A DNA stretch of 64,000 nt from Eledone cirrhosa (GCA_964016885.1 OZ024757.1:26102001-26166000); one strand, 5' to 3'. Positions 1-13,054 are shown, counted from the stretch's first letter. Notes: generated by a model from the sequence alone, not told the origin. Translations and numbers: made by a program.

Positions 1-130
1 AAGCCAAACATGCTGTGGTTTTTCTCCGACGAGAAAAACTTCTGCCAAGACCAGAGGATTAAAAAATAAAACTACTGTGTTATTTTTTCCTAGACAGTAA
101 TCTTGCGAGCAAATATCGTCCGCACCCTGT
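1..130. mobile_element. End of a Tc1/mariner element (TIR ...aatatcgtccgcaccctg followed by TA)
   Basis: Same terminal sequence as the DD37D element end at 6820-6839, followed by (TA)n. Confidence 0.55.
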
Positions 131-854
131 ATATATATATATAGATATGTATGTGTGTGCATGTGTTATATATCTACATACACACACACATATCATCATC
201 AACCATAATTGCATAGTAACACATGCTGTCATGTGTATTACACAGCTGGTCAAATCAGATGACCACATCTTGCACATACGACCTATATTTACTTGCTTTT
301 CTACGGCTGGATTCCCTTTCTAATGCCAACCACAATTCAGTGGGTACCAGGAACTTTTTCTCATGGCACTACCATGACCACCTTACAGAGTGGACTGGGT
401 GCTTTTTTTGTCATGGTACCAGTACTATTTCCTTATAGGGTGTACTGGGTACATTTTGTCATAGCACCAACCAGTACTACCAGCTTATTACCATCTTATT
501 AGTGAGTACTGAGAACTTTTTCTCGGCTGGCAAAAGACAAACCACTAACTTTATTGATATACTTCAGAGAAACTCCAGTCTGAAGTCTGAAGACATTTTT
601 GGAGTGGTGGAGGATATATAAACAGTGAAGATGGAGTGAGACATCTGGCATAAATCTGTTACTCTAATTCAATTGTTGGTTTGGTGTCAATTTCTCTATG
701 TTTAAGTTAAGGTAATTAACAGTTTACACAGACATTACATATATATACACATATATACAGTGTCACCCAAAAATGTATACATACTTCAGCAGCATTCTAA
801 TAAAAGTGTGTATACATTTTTGGGACACCTTGTATATACACACACACACACATA

Positions 855-1100
855 TCATCATCAACGTTTAACGTCCGTGTTCCACGCTTGCATGGGTTTG
901 GACGGGGGTATTCCCACTTGAGGCAAGAGTGATTGTCTTGCTCGCATAGGACTGTCTGGCAGGTTTTCTACAGTTGGATGCCCTTCCTAACACCAACCAC
1001 ATTTACAGTGTGGGTCTGGGAGGTTTTTACCGTGTTGCCTACACGGCCACATTACAGCGTGGACTGTGTGTTTTTTTGTCGTGACACCTACACGATCTCA
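855..1100 (-). mobile_element. RTE-tail SINE or RTE 3'UTR fragment with AGGAAGGGCATCC domain and (TGA)n tail
   Basis: Reverse complement of copies at 10690-11012, 20710-20880, 27595-27885, 32190-32535, 55340-55512 and 57765-57985. Confidence 0.75.
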
Positions 1101-1155
1101 TTTGTTTCGGCCTATATATATAAATGTAATCTGAGTTTTTCGAATATTAATAAAT

Positions 1156-1337
1156 TGTTTCTACTTTTGGCACCATGCCAGCAATTACCCAGTGTATTAC
1201 TGGTACTTTATTTTATCGACCCCGTAAGGATGAAAGGCAAAGTTAACCTCGGCGGGATTTGAACTCAGATCGTAAAGGGACGTAACTCTATGCTTCAAAG
1301 CATGGTGTCAGACCCTCTACCGATACTGCCAATCCAC
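1156..1337 (-). mobile_element. tRNA-head SINE with central gcctttcatcctt..ggggtcgataaaataaagtaccag domain
   Basis: High-copy family; other copies at 4380-4480, 11370-11620, 12001-12405, 17120-17375, 20900-20980, 34343-34510 and 36165-36280. B-box-like gagttcaaatcc on the - strand. Confidence 0.75.
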
Positions 1338-1371
1338 GAAAATATATAATATTTTCTAAAATATACAGTGA

Positions 1372-1668
1372 CTGATTTGTATATCAGCAGACTGGCTGAT
1401 CAGTCAGATCTGCATATTAGCAGATCCACTGATCAGCCAGATTTGTATATCAGCTAACTGGCTGATCAGTCAGATCTGCATATTAGCAGATCCACTGATC
1501 AGCCAGATTTGTATATCAGCAGACTGGCTGATCAGTCAGATCTGCATATTAGCAGATCCACTGATCAGCCAGATTTGTATGTCAGCTGACTGGCTGATCA
1601 GTCAGATCTGCATATTAGCAGATCCACTGATCAGCCAGATTTGTATGTCAGCTGACTGGCTGATCAGT
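1372..1668. repeat. 66-bp tandem repeat (about 4.5 copies) with an internally palindromic unit
   Basis: Unit starts at 1381, 1447, 1513, 1579 and 1645; contains ctggctgatcagt / actgatcagccag and gatctgc / gcagatc. Confidence 0.9.
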
Positions 1669-1853
1669 TTCCTGTATATGAGCGATCAATCGCCGGCTTT
1701 GCAATATTCAAAAGAAAAATACACAAACAAACCAATTCCGCTCTACATGGCTCAATACAATAAATGTAATCTGAGTTTTTCAAATATTAATAACTGTTTC
1801 TACGTTTGGCACAAGGCCAGCAATTATCCCAGTGTATTAGTGGTACTTTATTT

Positions 1854-3192
1854 TGGAGGTGGTGATGATGGTGTGTTGGAGGTGGTGATGATGATGGTGT
1901 TGGAGGTGGTGGTGGTGATGGTGTTGGAGGTGGTGATGATGGTGTTGGAGGTGGTGGTGATGATGGTGTTGGAGGTGGTGATGATGATGGTGTTGGAGGT
2001 GGTGGTGATGATGGTGTTGGAGATGGTGATGTTGGAGGTGGTGATGATGGTGTTGGAGGTGGTGATGATGGTGTTGGAGGTGGTGATGATGATGGTGTTG
2101 GAGGTGGTGATGATGGTGTTGGAGGTGGTGATGATGATGGTGTTGGAGGTGGTGATGATGGTGTTGGAGGTGTGTGGAGATGATGGTGTTGGAGGTGGTG
2201 GTGATGATGGTGTTGGAGGTGGTGATGATGGTGTTGGAGATGGTGATGATGGTGTTGGAGGTGGTGGTGATGATGGTGTTGGAGGTGGTGGTGATGATGG
2301 TGTTGGAGATGGTGGTGATGATGGTGTTGGAGGTGGTGATGATGGTGTTGGAGATGGTGATGATGGTGTTGGAGGTGGTGATGATGGTGTTGGAGATGGT
2401 GATGATGGTGTTGGAGGTGGTGATGATGGTGTTGGAGGTGGTGGTGATGGTGTTGGAGGTGGTGGTGATGATGGTGTTGGAGGTGGTGGTGATGATGGTG
2501 TTGGAGGTGGTGATGATGGTGTTGGAGGTGGTGGTGATGGTGTTGGAGGTGGTGGTGATGGTGTTGGAGGTGGTGATGATGGCGTTGGAGGTGGTGATGA
2601 TGATGGTGTTGGAGGTGGTGATGATGGTGTTGGAGGTAGTGGTGATGGTGTTGGAGGTGGTGATGATGGTGTTGGTGATGATGGTGTTGGAGGTGGTGAT
2701 GATGGTGTTGGTGATGATGGTGTTGGAGGTGGTGATGATGATGGTGTTGGAGATGGTGATGATGGTGTTGGAGGTGGTGGTGATGATGGTGTTGGAGGTG
2801 GTGTTGGAGATGGTGGTGATGATGGTGTTGGAGGTGGTGTTGGAGATGGTGGTGATGATGGTGTTGGAGGTGGTGGTGATGATGGTGTTGGAGGTGGTGT
2901 TGGAGATGGTGGTGATGATGGTGTTGGAGGTGGTGGTGATGATGGTGTTGGAGGTGGTGTTGGAGATGGTGGTGATGATGGTGTTGGAGGTGGTGGTGAT
3001 GATGGTGTTGGAGGTGGTGTTGGAGATGGTGGTGATGATGGTGTTGGAGGTGGTGGTGATGATGGTGTTGGAGGTGGTGATGATGGTGGTGGTGATGATG
3101 GTGTTGGAGGTGGTGGTGATGATGGTGTTGGAGGTGGTGATGATGGTGGTGTTGGAGATGATGGAAGTAATGATGTTGTTGATGGTGATGAT
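1854..3192. repeat. (GGT/GAT)-derived minisatellite (ggtgttggaggtggtgatgat)n
   Basis: Directly visible; source of the poly-V/G/D/H ORFs. Confidence 0.95.
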
Positions 3193-3230
3193 GACTACAT
3201 AAGTAGTCTTGTAAACAACAACAACAACCA

Positions 3231-3318
3231 TCAACCAACCAATAAAAGATAGATAAGCCAGTTTCCAATGATACAGAATGTCTTTAGGAACCACACCCTA
3301 CCACAACACACCCCAACC
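3231..3318 (-). CDS. Putative terminal exon of membrane protein A
   Basis: Acceptor ttcttcccctcccctcatgtag|, phase-2 start matches the previous exon; VGVCCGRVWFLKTFCIIGNWLIYLLLVG-TGA, hydrophobic C-terminus. Confidence 0.35.
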
Positions 3319-4236
3319 CTACATGAGGGGAGGGGAAGAAGTATGGAGGACAGCTGGGGGAGGGGAGGAGTTCTAAATGGGTCATTTTGCAAATAGGTTC
3401 CCTATATTGTGGTTACCACTACTACTGCTACTACCACTAATAATTTCATACTACTATTGCCACTACCACCACCAATAATAGTTTTAAAACTACTACTACC
3501 ACCACTACTACTATTATTACTAGCACCACTATTGCTACTACCACTACTACTAATAATTTCTTACTACTACTACTACCATCACCACTAATAATTTCTTACT
3601 ACTACTACTATCACCACCACAACCACTAATAATTTTTTACTACTACTACTAATACCATCACCACCACTAATAATTTCTTACTACTGTTACCACTACAACA
3701 ACATATAATAATAATTTCTTGCATCATAAGGATTTCTTACATTTATTACTACCCCCCCGCCCCTGCTACTACTACCCCTACCACCACTATTACTACTACT
3801 ACCATCCCCACCACCACCATCATTACTCTAAGACCCAAAATTATTTAATAAAAAAGGGAAAGGAATAAAGCAAAGAAATGTTTTGTATTTCAGAGATAAC
3901 CCAACACCACCACCCTACCACTACCAGCACCACCACCACCACCATCTTTACACTGTAGAGGTTTATACCTCATAAAGAGGAAGTGGGAGAGAGGAGGGGT
4001 GTTATAGAAAAGTAGCCCAAGGGCAGCTAATACCCCATCCCCTAGTATTCTATACAGTAGAGGTCCCCTCCACAAACATGATTAAGATATCTATGTAGTG
4101 TGTATGTGTGTGTGTGTGTATATATATGAGTGTATGTGTGTATATATTTATATATATACATGTACATGTGTGTGTGTGCGCATATACATGTACATGTGTG
4201 TGTGTGCGCATATACATGTACATGTGTGTATGTGTG

Positions 4237-4276
<40 letters not shown>

Positions 4277-4556
4277 AATGTATATATATGTATGTGTATG
4301 TGTTCATGTATGATCATGGTTGTTTCAGTGATATGAACATGTGTGCCTTTAAAAAGTAACACACACACAGACATATCACTTGTTTCTACTTTTGGCACAA
4401 GGCCAACAATTATCCCAGTGCATTACTGGTACTTTATTTTATCAACCCTTTAAGGATGAAAGGCAAAGTTAACCTCGGCAGATAGATAGATAGATAGACG
4501 TGTACCAAACACACACGCATTTCTTACTCTCTCTGTCTCTCCCTCTTTCTCTCTTC

Positions 4557-4602
<46 letters not shown>

Positions 4603-5772
4603 CGTTGCTATTTGACGTTGAAAAGAGCAGTGGCATTTGACCCAGCAATAAAAACTGGAGACAAAATTCTGTACCAAAAACAAGGCACACACACACACAA
4701 GTTTGTGTGTGTGTGTGTGTGTATCTATCTAAGTACATATATTTATATATATATATATATATATATAAGGGATACAGATATTGTTTGCTCACTGTCACCA
4801 AGCATCTCAATTCATTCGTTGCAACTAAGTTTGTGATCGAGGCACTTTATTTTGCAAGGTACTATTTTTCCCTTGAGTTTGTGATTCCAGAGAAAGGTAA
4901 GAAATTTTTCATATTTTGCATCTTTTGTATTTTGACTTTACGGTTTGAATTGTAGAATTATCTATCCACTCAAAATATTACAACAGCTAACAGAATTATA
5001 AAGAAAAGCTTTTTTTTTTGAGAACATTCACGTCTATTTTTCAAAGATTCTAACTTGATTTGGCCCAGTAATCTACTGATATCAAAATCAGTAGTATATT
5101 GAAAAGTAGAAAAATAGGGTAGCGGGGTGTTTCGTGATTTCGAGGGGCGTTTGGCCGAAATGGGTCTAGAACCTGTGCTCTAAATCAACATCTTCAATGT
5201 TTCAAAGAATTAGAGTTTTGTCCAGCCCAGTTTTAAAGCTGTCCTCCCATTTTTCGATTTTTCCTTCTTTGTCTTGTTCTATCTTTCGATGAAGGACTAA
5301 TACCTGAAACGTTTCCACTCGTTTCCTATTATATCAAGCAACAAATTAATATATATTACCATTATACTGTGTAGTTTTTTCTTGTTGACCTTTGTAGCGT
5401 GTGAAGACAACCCCCATACATACACACACACACACATATATATATTACTTCAAAATATTAATAAATATAGACATTCATGTGATCACATGAATGTCTATAT
5501 TTATTAATATTTTGAAGTAATATTAATAACTTCAGAAAACTTCTTTGTTGAGTGCTTCTAATCTACTGTAAAAATATATTCATTGATTAATCAATGAACC
5601 TTGTTTAACTTTTGGTTATATATATATATCAAATAGGGTGTGGTAAAATACCAGGTGGACCATAACCCACCAGAGTACTCAATACTTGCCGTAGTAGAGT
5701 GGGTAATACAAAAAGATTCAGGACCCCGACGGCTAAGCTCCGGCCATTTCGACAGCTAGATCCTAACTTATC

Positions 5773-5819
<47 letters not shown>

Positions 5820-5823
5820 TAAT

Positions 5824-6839
5824 ACAAGGACGATTTGATATGCCTTCATTACGTTTATTGATTGGAGACGTGTGTTTTGCTATTCATCAGCTCAAGGTTC
5901 GATCTGGCCCGACCCTGGAACCAAAAGCTCGTCGGACCTCTGTTGTAGTAATGACAGAATGAATATACATGGCAAATAAATGTCTAACGTTCCTATGTTG
6001 GTCAGTTTATGTTGTTTTGATTGGTGGTTTAATTATGAGGAATATTTATCAAACTTGGGTCAGTTTGTCTTCATGACTTGTTCTTTTGATCTCACTCAAT
6101 AAACCCGCCATTGGCTTTGATGACGGCCTTGGACCCGGCTACAGGCCTTCACTGTCCCCCGACTTAAAAGCACTTGTGATCCTGGTCTTCAGATCGTCGT
6201 TCGTATTGCAGCTAGATCTGTTGGTGTCTCTTTCCACTGCGTCCCACACAAAGAAGTCGAGAGGGTTGCAGTCAGGTGAGCTGGGAGGCCAGATGTCAGG
6301 TGAAGTGTGGTCGAGAAAGTTCTCTGACAGCCAGGCTTGGGTCTTTCAGCTGGTATGGCAGGGCGCTGAGTCTTGCTGCCACACGTACGGCCTACCTGCA
6401 GCTACCTGGTCGATCCAGGGCTTTACTACCTCGCTCAGAACGTGGATGTAGCCATTGGTGTTCAGCTTGATGCCCTCAGGGAAGAAGTGAGGTGGCATGA
6501 TGTCACCATGACTGCTGACGACACCTAAGACCAATGTTGTCGCTGGAAACTTTGTCTGCATGACTCTGGGCACGTCTTTGGAGGAGACAGCGAGCCACCT
6601 GTTGTTCTGGGAGTTGATCTTCTCGTCTTATTTGTCCTCCCGGCGCGGATTCCAAGAAGAACTCTGTGTCTCTTCCACAAATTTGGAGGTTCAAAATTAT
6701 TCATAATCAATTATTCTGAAAATAAATAATGGAAATATAGTCACTGTTTTTATGAAGACAAGAGTGACAACGAAAGTAGAAAAAATCTGCATAAAATTAG
6801 CAGTTGAAAATTGCGAACAAATATCGTCTGCACCCTGTA
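5824..6839 (-). mobile_element. Degenerate Tc1/mariner DD37D (maT/Bmmar1-like) transposon
   Basis: Transposase relic ...PYVWQQDSAPCHTS*KTQAWLSENF...WPPSSPDCNPLDFFVW with 37 residues between the 2nd and 3rd Asp and an in-frame TGA. TIR-like end aatatcgtctgcaccctg-TA at 6820-6839; left end degenerate. Confidence 0.85.
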
Positions 6840-8286
6840 TATATATATATATATATGCAAGCATGAAAAAGTGGATGTAAAAATGATGATGATATCATAA
6901 TCATCATCATCATCATCTTTGTTTAACGTCTATCTTCCATGCTAGCATGGGTATATATATATATATTGAAGCAGAAAATATACACTGATTTATATATATT
7001 TGTAGATATATACAGTATTTTACTTTATGCATTGAGAACTAATTCTGTTATGTTTCACTCTCTGATTATAACATAACATCTCTTTTAACCTTTTCATGAC
7101 TGTATTTCTAATTAAATACAGTCTATTTCAGTTAATTAATGAAGAATGCTGACAGATTTACTAACATTTTTAATTACTTCATAATTAAGATAGTAACTTA
7201 ATAAATGGTTCTTAAATGAAACTATGTTGGAAGTGGGTGGCTTTGATTCATAGAAAAACTGGGCTTTGGCTAGGTTATATATATTATAAATAGTTAGATA
7301 GATAGACAGATAGACAGATAAATAGTAGATAGATAGATGGATAGATAGATGGATAGACAGACAGATAGATGGATAGACAGATAGATAAACAGATGCATTC
7401 ATAATTACTTCATAATTAAAATATTAACTTAATAGGAACCCTGTAAAATGGGTGGCTTTGATTCATAGAAAAAGTGCTGGTGTTTAGCTAAGTTTAGTCC
7501 TACGAGTGCCCTTGCCCCTACCAAATCCTTCATATTACCCACTCTACTACCCCAAGTATCCAGGACTCTGGTGAGTAATGGTCTAAACAGGCTTTTACTG
7601 CATCCATTTTGATTTATATAGAGATATAGAGAGGTTAGGATCAATTATTAGGAATGGGGGCAGTTGTGGTAGTAGTGATGATGTGAGACAAGAGATAGAG
7701 GTCATAAAAGGGACATTGGATAATAACACCTCCTTTTCCACCACCCCACCCACACCACAACCATCCTCCTCCTTTTTTACTTCAGCTTCCTTCATCTGCC
7801 ATTCACCCCACTGTTGCATAGTCTTTCATTCACCATCCACACACTACCCCCATTATCTACACCACACACACAAACACACTGTCCTACATGCAGACCACAG
7901 CCAAATGTGGAAGCCTAAGTGGACACTAAGCCTGCTAGAAATAGAAGCTAACTCTTCTAAAAAAATCACACTCTGCAGATATTTAACCCTTTAGCATTTA
8001 CATTACTCTATATTTACTTAACCTCATATACCTCACATAATATCGGATCTATGAGATTTTGATATTATTTATTTTGAGAACAATAACTTAACATCAGTAT
8101 GAGTGGCCAGTTATAGCCGGTTTGGACAGAAAGAGGCGAGAGAATTCTGGCCGGTTACGGCACAAAAAAAGGTCAAATTAGATAATGTACTCTTAGATAC
8201 ACATAAAAAGATGAAGAGGGGGGGGGTCTGTCACAGCTGGAGCATCTTCCATGTCATATCTGCTAGAGTATGGCTGACATGACATT

Positions 8287-9488
8287 AGCTACCTCTCACT
8301 AACATGGGTTAGACTTATAATAGCTACCTGTCACTAGCATGGGTTAGACTTATAATAGCTACCTCTCACTAACATGGGTTAGACTTATAATAGCTACCTC
8401 TCACTAACATGGGTTAGACTTATAATAGCTACCTCTTGCTAGCATGGGTTAGACTTATAATAGCTACCTCTCACTAACATGGGTTAGACTTATAATAGCT
8501 ACCTCTTGCTAGCATGGGTTAGACTTATAATAGCTACCTCTCACTAGCATGGGTTTGACTTATAATAGCTACCTCTTGCTAGCATGGGTTTGACATATAA
8601 TAGCTACCTCTTGCTAGCATGGGTTTGACATATAATAGCTACCTCTCACTAACATGGGTTTGACTTATAATAGCTACCTCTCACTAGCATGGGTTAGACT
8701 TATAATAGCTACCTCTTGCTAGCATGGGTTAGACTTATAATAGCTACCTCTCACTAACATGGGTTTGACTTATAATAGCTACCTTTTGCTAGCATGGGTT
8801 TGATTTAATAATAGCTACCTCTTGCTAGCATGGGTTAGACTTATAATAGCTACCTCTTGCTAGCATGGGTTTGACTTATAATAGCTACCTCTCGCTAGCA
8901 TGGGTTTGACTTATAATAGCTACCTCTCGCTAGCATGGGTTTGACTTATAATAGCTACCTCTCGCTAGCATGGGTTTGACTTATAATAGCTACCTCTCGC
9001 TAGCATGGGTTTGACTTATAATAGCTACCTCTTGCTAGCATGGGTTTGACTTATAATAGCTACCTCTTGCTAGCATGGGTTAGACTTATAATAGCTACCT
9101 CTTGCTAGCATGGGTTAGACTTATAATAGCTACCTCTCACTAACATGGGTTTGACTTATAATAGCTACCTCTCGCTAGCATGAGTTAGACTTATAATAGC
9201 TACCTCTCACTAACATGGGTTAGACTTATAATAGCTACCTCTCGCTAGCATGAGTTAGACTTATAATAGCTACCTCTCACTAGCATGGGTTAGACTTATA
9301 ATAGCTACCTCTCGCTAGCATGAGTTAGACTTATAATAGCTACCTCTCACTAGCATGGGTTAGACTTATAATAGCTACCTCTCGCTAGCATGAGTTAGAC
9401 TTATAATAGCTACCTCTCACTAGCATGGGTTAGACTTATAATAGCTACCTCTTGCTAGCATGGGTTTGACTTATAATAGCTACCTCTC
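8287..9488. repeat. 35-bp minisatellite (tagctacctctcactaacatgggttagacttataa), about 34 copies
   Basis: 35-nt period with a few variant positions and no unique spacers. Confidence 0.95.
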
Positions 9489-9564
9489 AAGGCTAGAATC
9501 TGTCAGGTATCCAGGATTGGTGAGTGCCAAGAGTTGTTCAGGTGTGTCTAATTTTAACCATCTT
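9484..9564 (-). CDS. Putative exon 3 of membrane protein A
   Basis: Pyrimidine tract and tgtgtag|, 81 nt, phase 2 to 2; RWLKLDTPEQLLALTNPGYLTDSSLE; weak donor AG|gtagct. Confidence 0.3.
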
Positions 9565-10175
9565 CTACACAAAGCAGGTAAATGGAGGAGGTAGAAAAAG
9601 AGAGGGAGATATATGTGTACAGGAGGGGGGGGGGAGAGATAGAGTGAGAGAGAGGATGGAAAGAGGAAGAGAGATACAGGGGGAGGAGGAAGAGAGATAT
9701 GTACATAGTCAGAGAGACCTGATGACACCACATACTGAGTGTGTGTGTGTGTGGAGAAGTGTCCAGTAGTTTTATAATGATATAAGTAGATTTACTGAAC
9801 AAAGAGATGTAAACTACACACACACACATGCACGTAGACACATAAACACACATGCATGTAGACACATAAACACACACATAATAGCCTGAGCCCTACACCA
9901 AGAAATAAAAATTATTTGTCTAAAGTCTCCATTTTACCAATAATATATATATGTATTTGTGTGTATTTATATGTATATGTGTGGGTGTATATATGTGTTG
10001 GGTGTGTAAGCACTTTACCTGTCCTAGGAACCTGTAGTATGCAGGGCAGGTGAAGAAACCCCCAAAACAACAGGCTACTGGATCAGTCCATATACATATA
10101 TAAATATATATATATTTAAAAGGTAGAGTCCCAACTATGATATAGCCTCTTTTTGTTGAAATGGTTGGTCCCACT

Positions 10176-10480
10176 CAGGGGCCTCGTTTGCCTTAAAAAT
10201 GTGAGAGAGACAAACCAACATTTGTTGATTCTTAAAGGAGCATAAATTGCTTATGGTGCCTTTCCCGGACCCTATCACATAAGTAAAATGTTACGCTAAT
10301 TAAATTTTATATATTCAAATGAAGTTCAGATATAAAAGAATAAGATTAAAAAGAATTTATTATATCAAATAAACAAAAATAAAACATAGACGTTTGAAAA
10401 AGTGTGTGTGTGTGTGTGTGTGTGTGTGGTGGTGGTGGGGGGGGGGGGGGGACCCCCCCCCCTGAAAAACAAGGCCCTTG
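10176..10480. mobile_element. hAT-type MITE with 8-bp TSD GTCCCACT
   Basis: TIRs caggggcctcgttt / aaacaaggcccttg; gtcccact at 10168-10175 and 10481-10488; second copy at 39541-39811. Confidence 0.85.
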
Positions 10481-11763
10481 GTCCCACTGTTGGGATTCTA
10501 CCTCTTCAATATATCCACTCTGCATCTTATCATGTATCAAGTACCACTCTGATCTGTGGTCTTCCTGGTCATTACATAATAGACACTCCATATATATATA
10601 TAGATACTTACACCTCTTTAAGACAATGACACTGGATCGAAATCTTTGGCGCCATACAGTTGTAGAGAAGACCCGACTGCCATTGCATACAAACCTACAG
10701 TCAGTAGGCACCTCTTAACCCAATGTACACCCCACACACCCTACCCCATCTTCCCTTTCCCGTTCCGTCCACTGTGCCGAGGACAGTACACACTGTAAGG
10801 TAGTCGTGTAGGAGACACGGTAAAAAGGCTCCCAGTCCTGTAAATGTGGTTGGTGTTGGGCATCCAGCTGTAAAAAAACCTCCCAGAGACACTTCCGTAT
10901 GAGCGAGACATGGTCTCCCGACCTTTCCCACATCAAATGGAACAAAACCGTCTAACCCATGTTAGCATGGCAAATGGACGTTAAATGATGATGATGATGA
11001 TGATGATGATGATATATATATATATAAACATATGGCAAGCAGGTATATATCTTCCTAAGTATTCAGAGTTTCCCAATGCAACAAAAACATGGTTGTGCGG
11101 TTAAGAAGTTTTTACAACAATGTGGTTTTAGGTTGGATCCTAATGCACAGCATCTTGGAGAATGTCTACATACCATGGCCACAGGTTGAGTAATTAAAAC
11201 AACCCCTTTGAATTACTAGTATTAACCCTTTAGCATTTACATTACTCTACTGTTATATTTTTATGGTAAAGGCTATATCTCACATAATATGGAATCTACG
11301 AGATTTTGATGATGTTATTTTATATTTTGAGAACAATATCTCAATGTCAGTATGAATGGCCAGTTATGGGGTCGATAAAATAAAGTACCAGTAATATACT
11401 GTGTAATTGCTGGCCTTGTGCCAAAAGTAGAAACAATTAATTCCTTCTTTTGGCACAAGGCCAGCAATTACCCCAGTGCATTACTGGTACTTTATTTTAT
11501 CGACTCTGTAAGGATGAAGGGCAAAATTAACCTCTCCTTTCATCCTTACTGGGTGGTTAAAATAAAGTACCGGTAATGCACTGGGGGTAATTGCTGGCCT
11601 TATGTCAAAAGAAGAAACAATTATTATTAACAACAAATTCAACCGAATTACAGTGATACAGTAATAATACTGATGTTTCTATGGATTAAAATACACTTCC
11701 TACTCCTCTTAAATACTAAAAAACAGCTGCGTAGCACTTATAAATAAATATTCCCAGTCTCAC

Positions 11764-11881
11764 ATCATGACATAATAGCGTAGAAAAATATTATTTGCTT
11801 CATAGTAACATTTTATAGTTAGGATAATGCCAATACTTTCTTTCATTGATAAATGTTGCTCAGTTAGTTGTCCGTGAAGAA
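11764..11881 (-). CDS. Putative exon 2 of membrane protein A
   Basis: Acceptor cccag|, donor AT|gtgaga; open frame LHGQLTEQHLSMKESIGIILTIKCYYEANNIFLRYYVM. Its 3' phase (2) fits the next exon, but its 5' join to exon 1 is off by 1 nt. Confidence 0.35.
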
Positions 11882-12647
11882 CTGGGGCTCTTGCGGGGAT
11901 GGTGTGTATAGGGGAAGAAGGGTATCGAATTTTATGCGAGTATATACGGTATATATTAAAAAGAGATACATATAATAAAGAGGTACATATAATAATAATA
12001 ATTGTTTCTAATTTAGGCACAAGGCCAGCAATTTTGGGGAGGGGAAAGTCGATTAAATCGACCCCAGTGCGTGACTGGTACTTTATTTTATCGACCCCCG
12101 TAAGGATGAAAGGCAAAGCTAACATCGGCAAGATTTGGACTCAGATCGTAAAGGGGCTTAACTCTATGCCATAAAGCATATTGTCTGACGCTCTTCCGGT
12201 TTCGGATTTAGGCACAACACAATGCCCACAATTTTGAAGAGGGGAAGAGTCGATTAAATCTACCCGAGTGCGTTACTGGTACTTCATCTTATCGACCCCC
12301 GTAAGGATGAAAGGCAAAGTTAACCTCGGCGGGATTTGAACTCAGATCGTAATGGGCTGGAGCGGGTATTGCTAGGCATTTGTTCGACGTTCTAAAGACT
12401 GCCGATTTCTTTAATAAACATGGCTACAAGAACCCATGTGGTTGGGGGAACAATACACGGATGGGGTGGGAGATCGTGAACGAACAAAACCAAAGACAAC
12501 CCAGTATATGGAATGGGGTTTAAATTGAGTAAAGAATGAAGGGGGGGAGGGGACATGAACGAGAGTGAGAAACAGTAGATATAACAATAACAACAGCAAT
12601 AATTGTAATGGGGGGCGGCGGCGGGGTTGACAGAAAGCTTGACTTAC

Positions 12648-12872
12648 CTGCGGAATAAAAACAAATGGAAAGACTAACTGGATGAATCCGTAAATAAACA
12701 TACTCCAAAGGTCGAACTTCATCCATAACGAAGGGCCGGAGCAGAGGGCGAGGGCGAAAACCAGAATGAGGGTGACCACTTGCAGGAAGTAAGAGATCGG
12801 AATGTGGCCCAGAGGGGTTACTACTAACCCCTCCGCGTTGACCGTCAATTCCGTGTAGTTAGTAAAGGCCAT
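12648..12872 (-). CDS. Uncharacterised multi-pass membrane protein A, first coding exon
   Basis: Non-repetitive, GC-richer ORF MAFTNY...VVTLILVFALALCSGPSLWMKFDLWSMFIYGFIQLVFPFVFIPQ with two hydrophobic segments, ending at a perfect CAG|gtaagt donor (phase 0). Upstream acceptor candidates at about 12884 and 12873. Confidence 0.65.
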
Positions 12873-13054
12873 CTGTTCGCCTTCTGCGAGTAGATGGGTG
12901 TGTGTGCGCGTGCGTAAGTATGTATGTATGTATGCGCGTGCGTGTGTGTGTGAACGTGAGTGTGTGTAAATAGATATATAGAGAGATAGGTATGTGAGTA
13001 AATTTATATATATGTGGGCTTGTGCGTGAGTAAATATATATATCTGTGAGTATG

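Noticed and set aside
1372-1668. CRISPR-like palindromic 66-bp period
   Set aside because: The whole unit is repeated and there are no variable spacers.
1579-3294. Long ORFs (poly-V/G/D/H/T) on both strands
   Set aside because: They are translations of a stop-free trinucleotide-based minisatellite, open in several frames at once.
8287-9488. CRISPR-like regular 35-bp array
   Set aside because: Units are contiguous with no unique spacers, there are no cas genes, and the context is eukaryotic.
10018-10030. Possible 13-nt micro-exon on the - strand (tacag|gttcctaggacag|gtaaag)
   Set aside because: It breaks the phase of the flanking candidate exons and has no other support.
10501-10565. Possible 63-nt - strand exon EDHRSEWYLIHDK...
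   Set aside because: Weak acceptor, and the donor lies in the inverted-repeat end of a small element.
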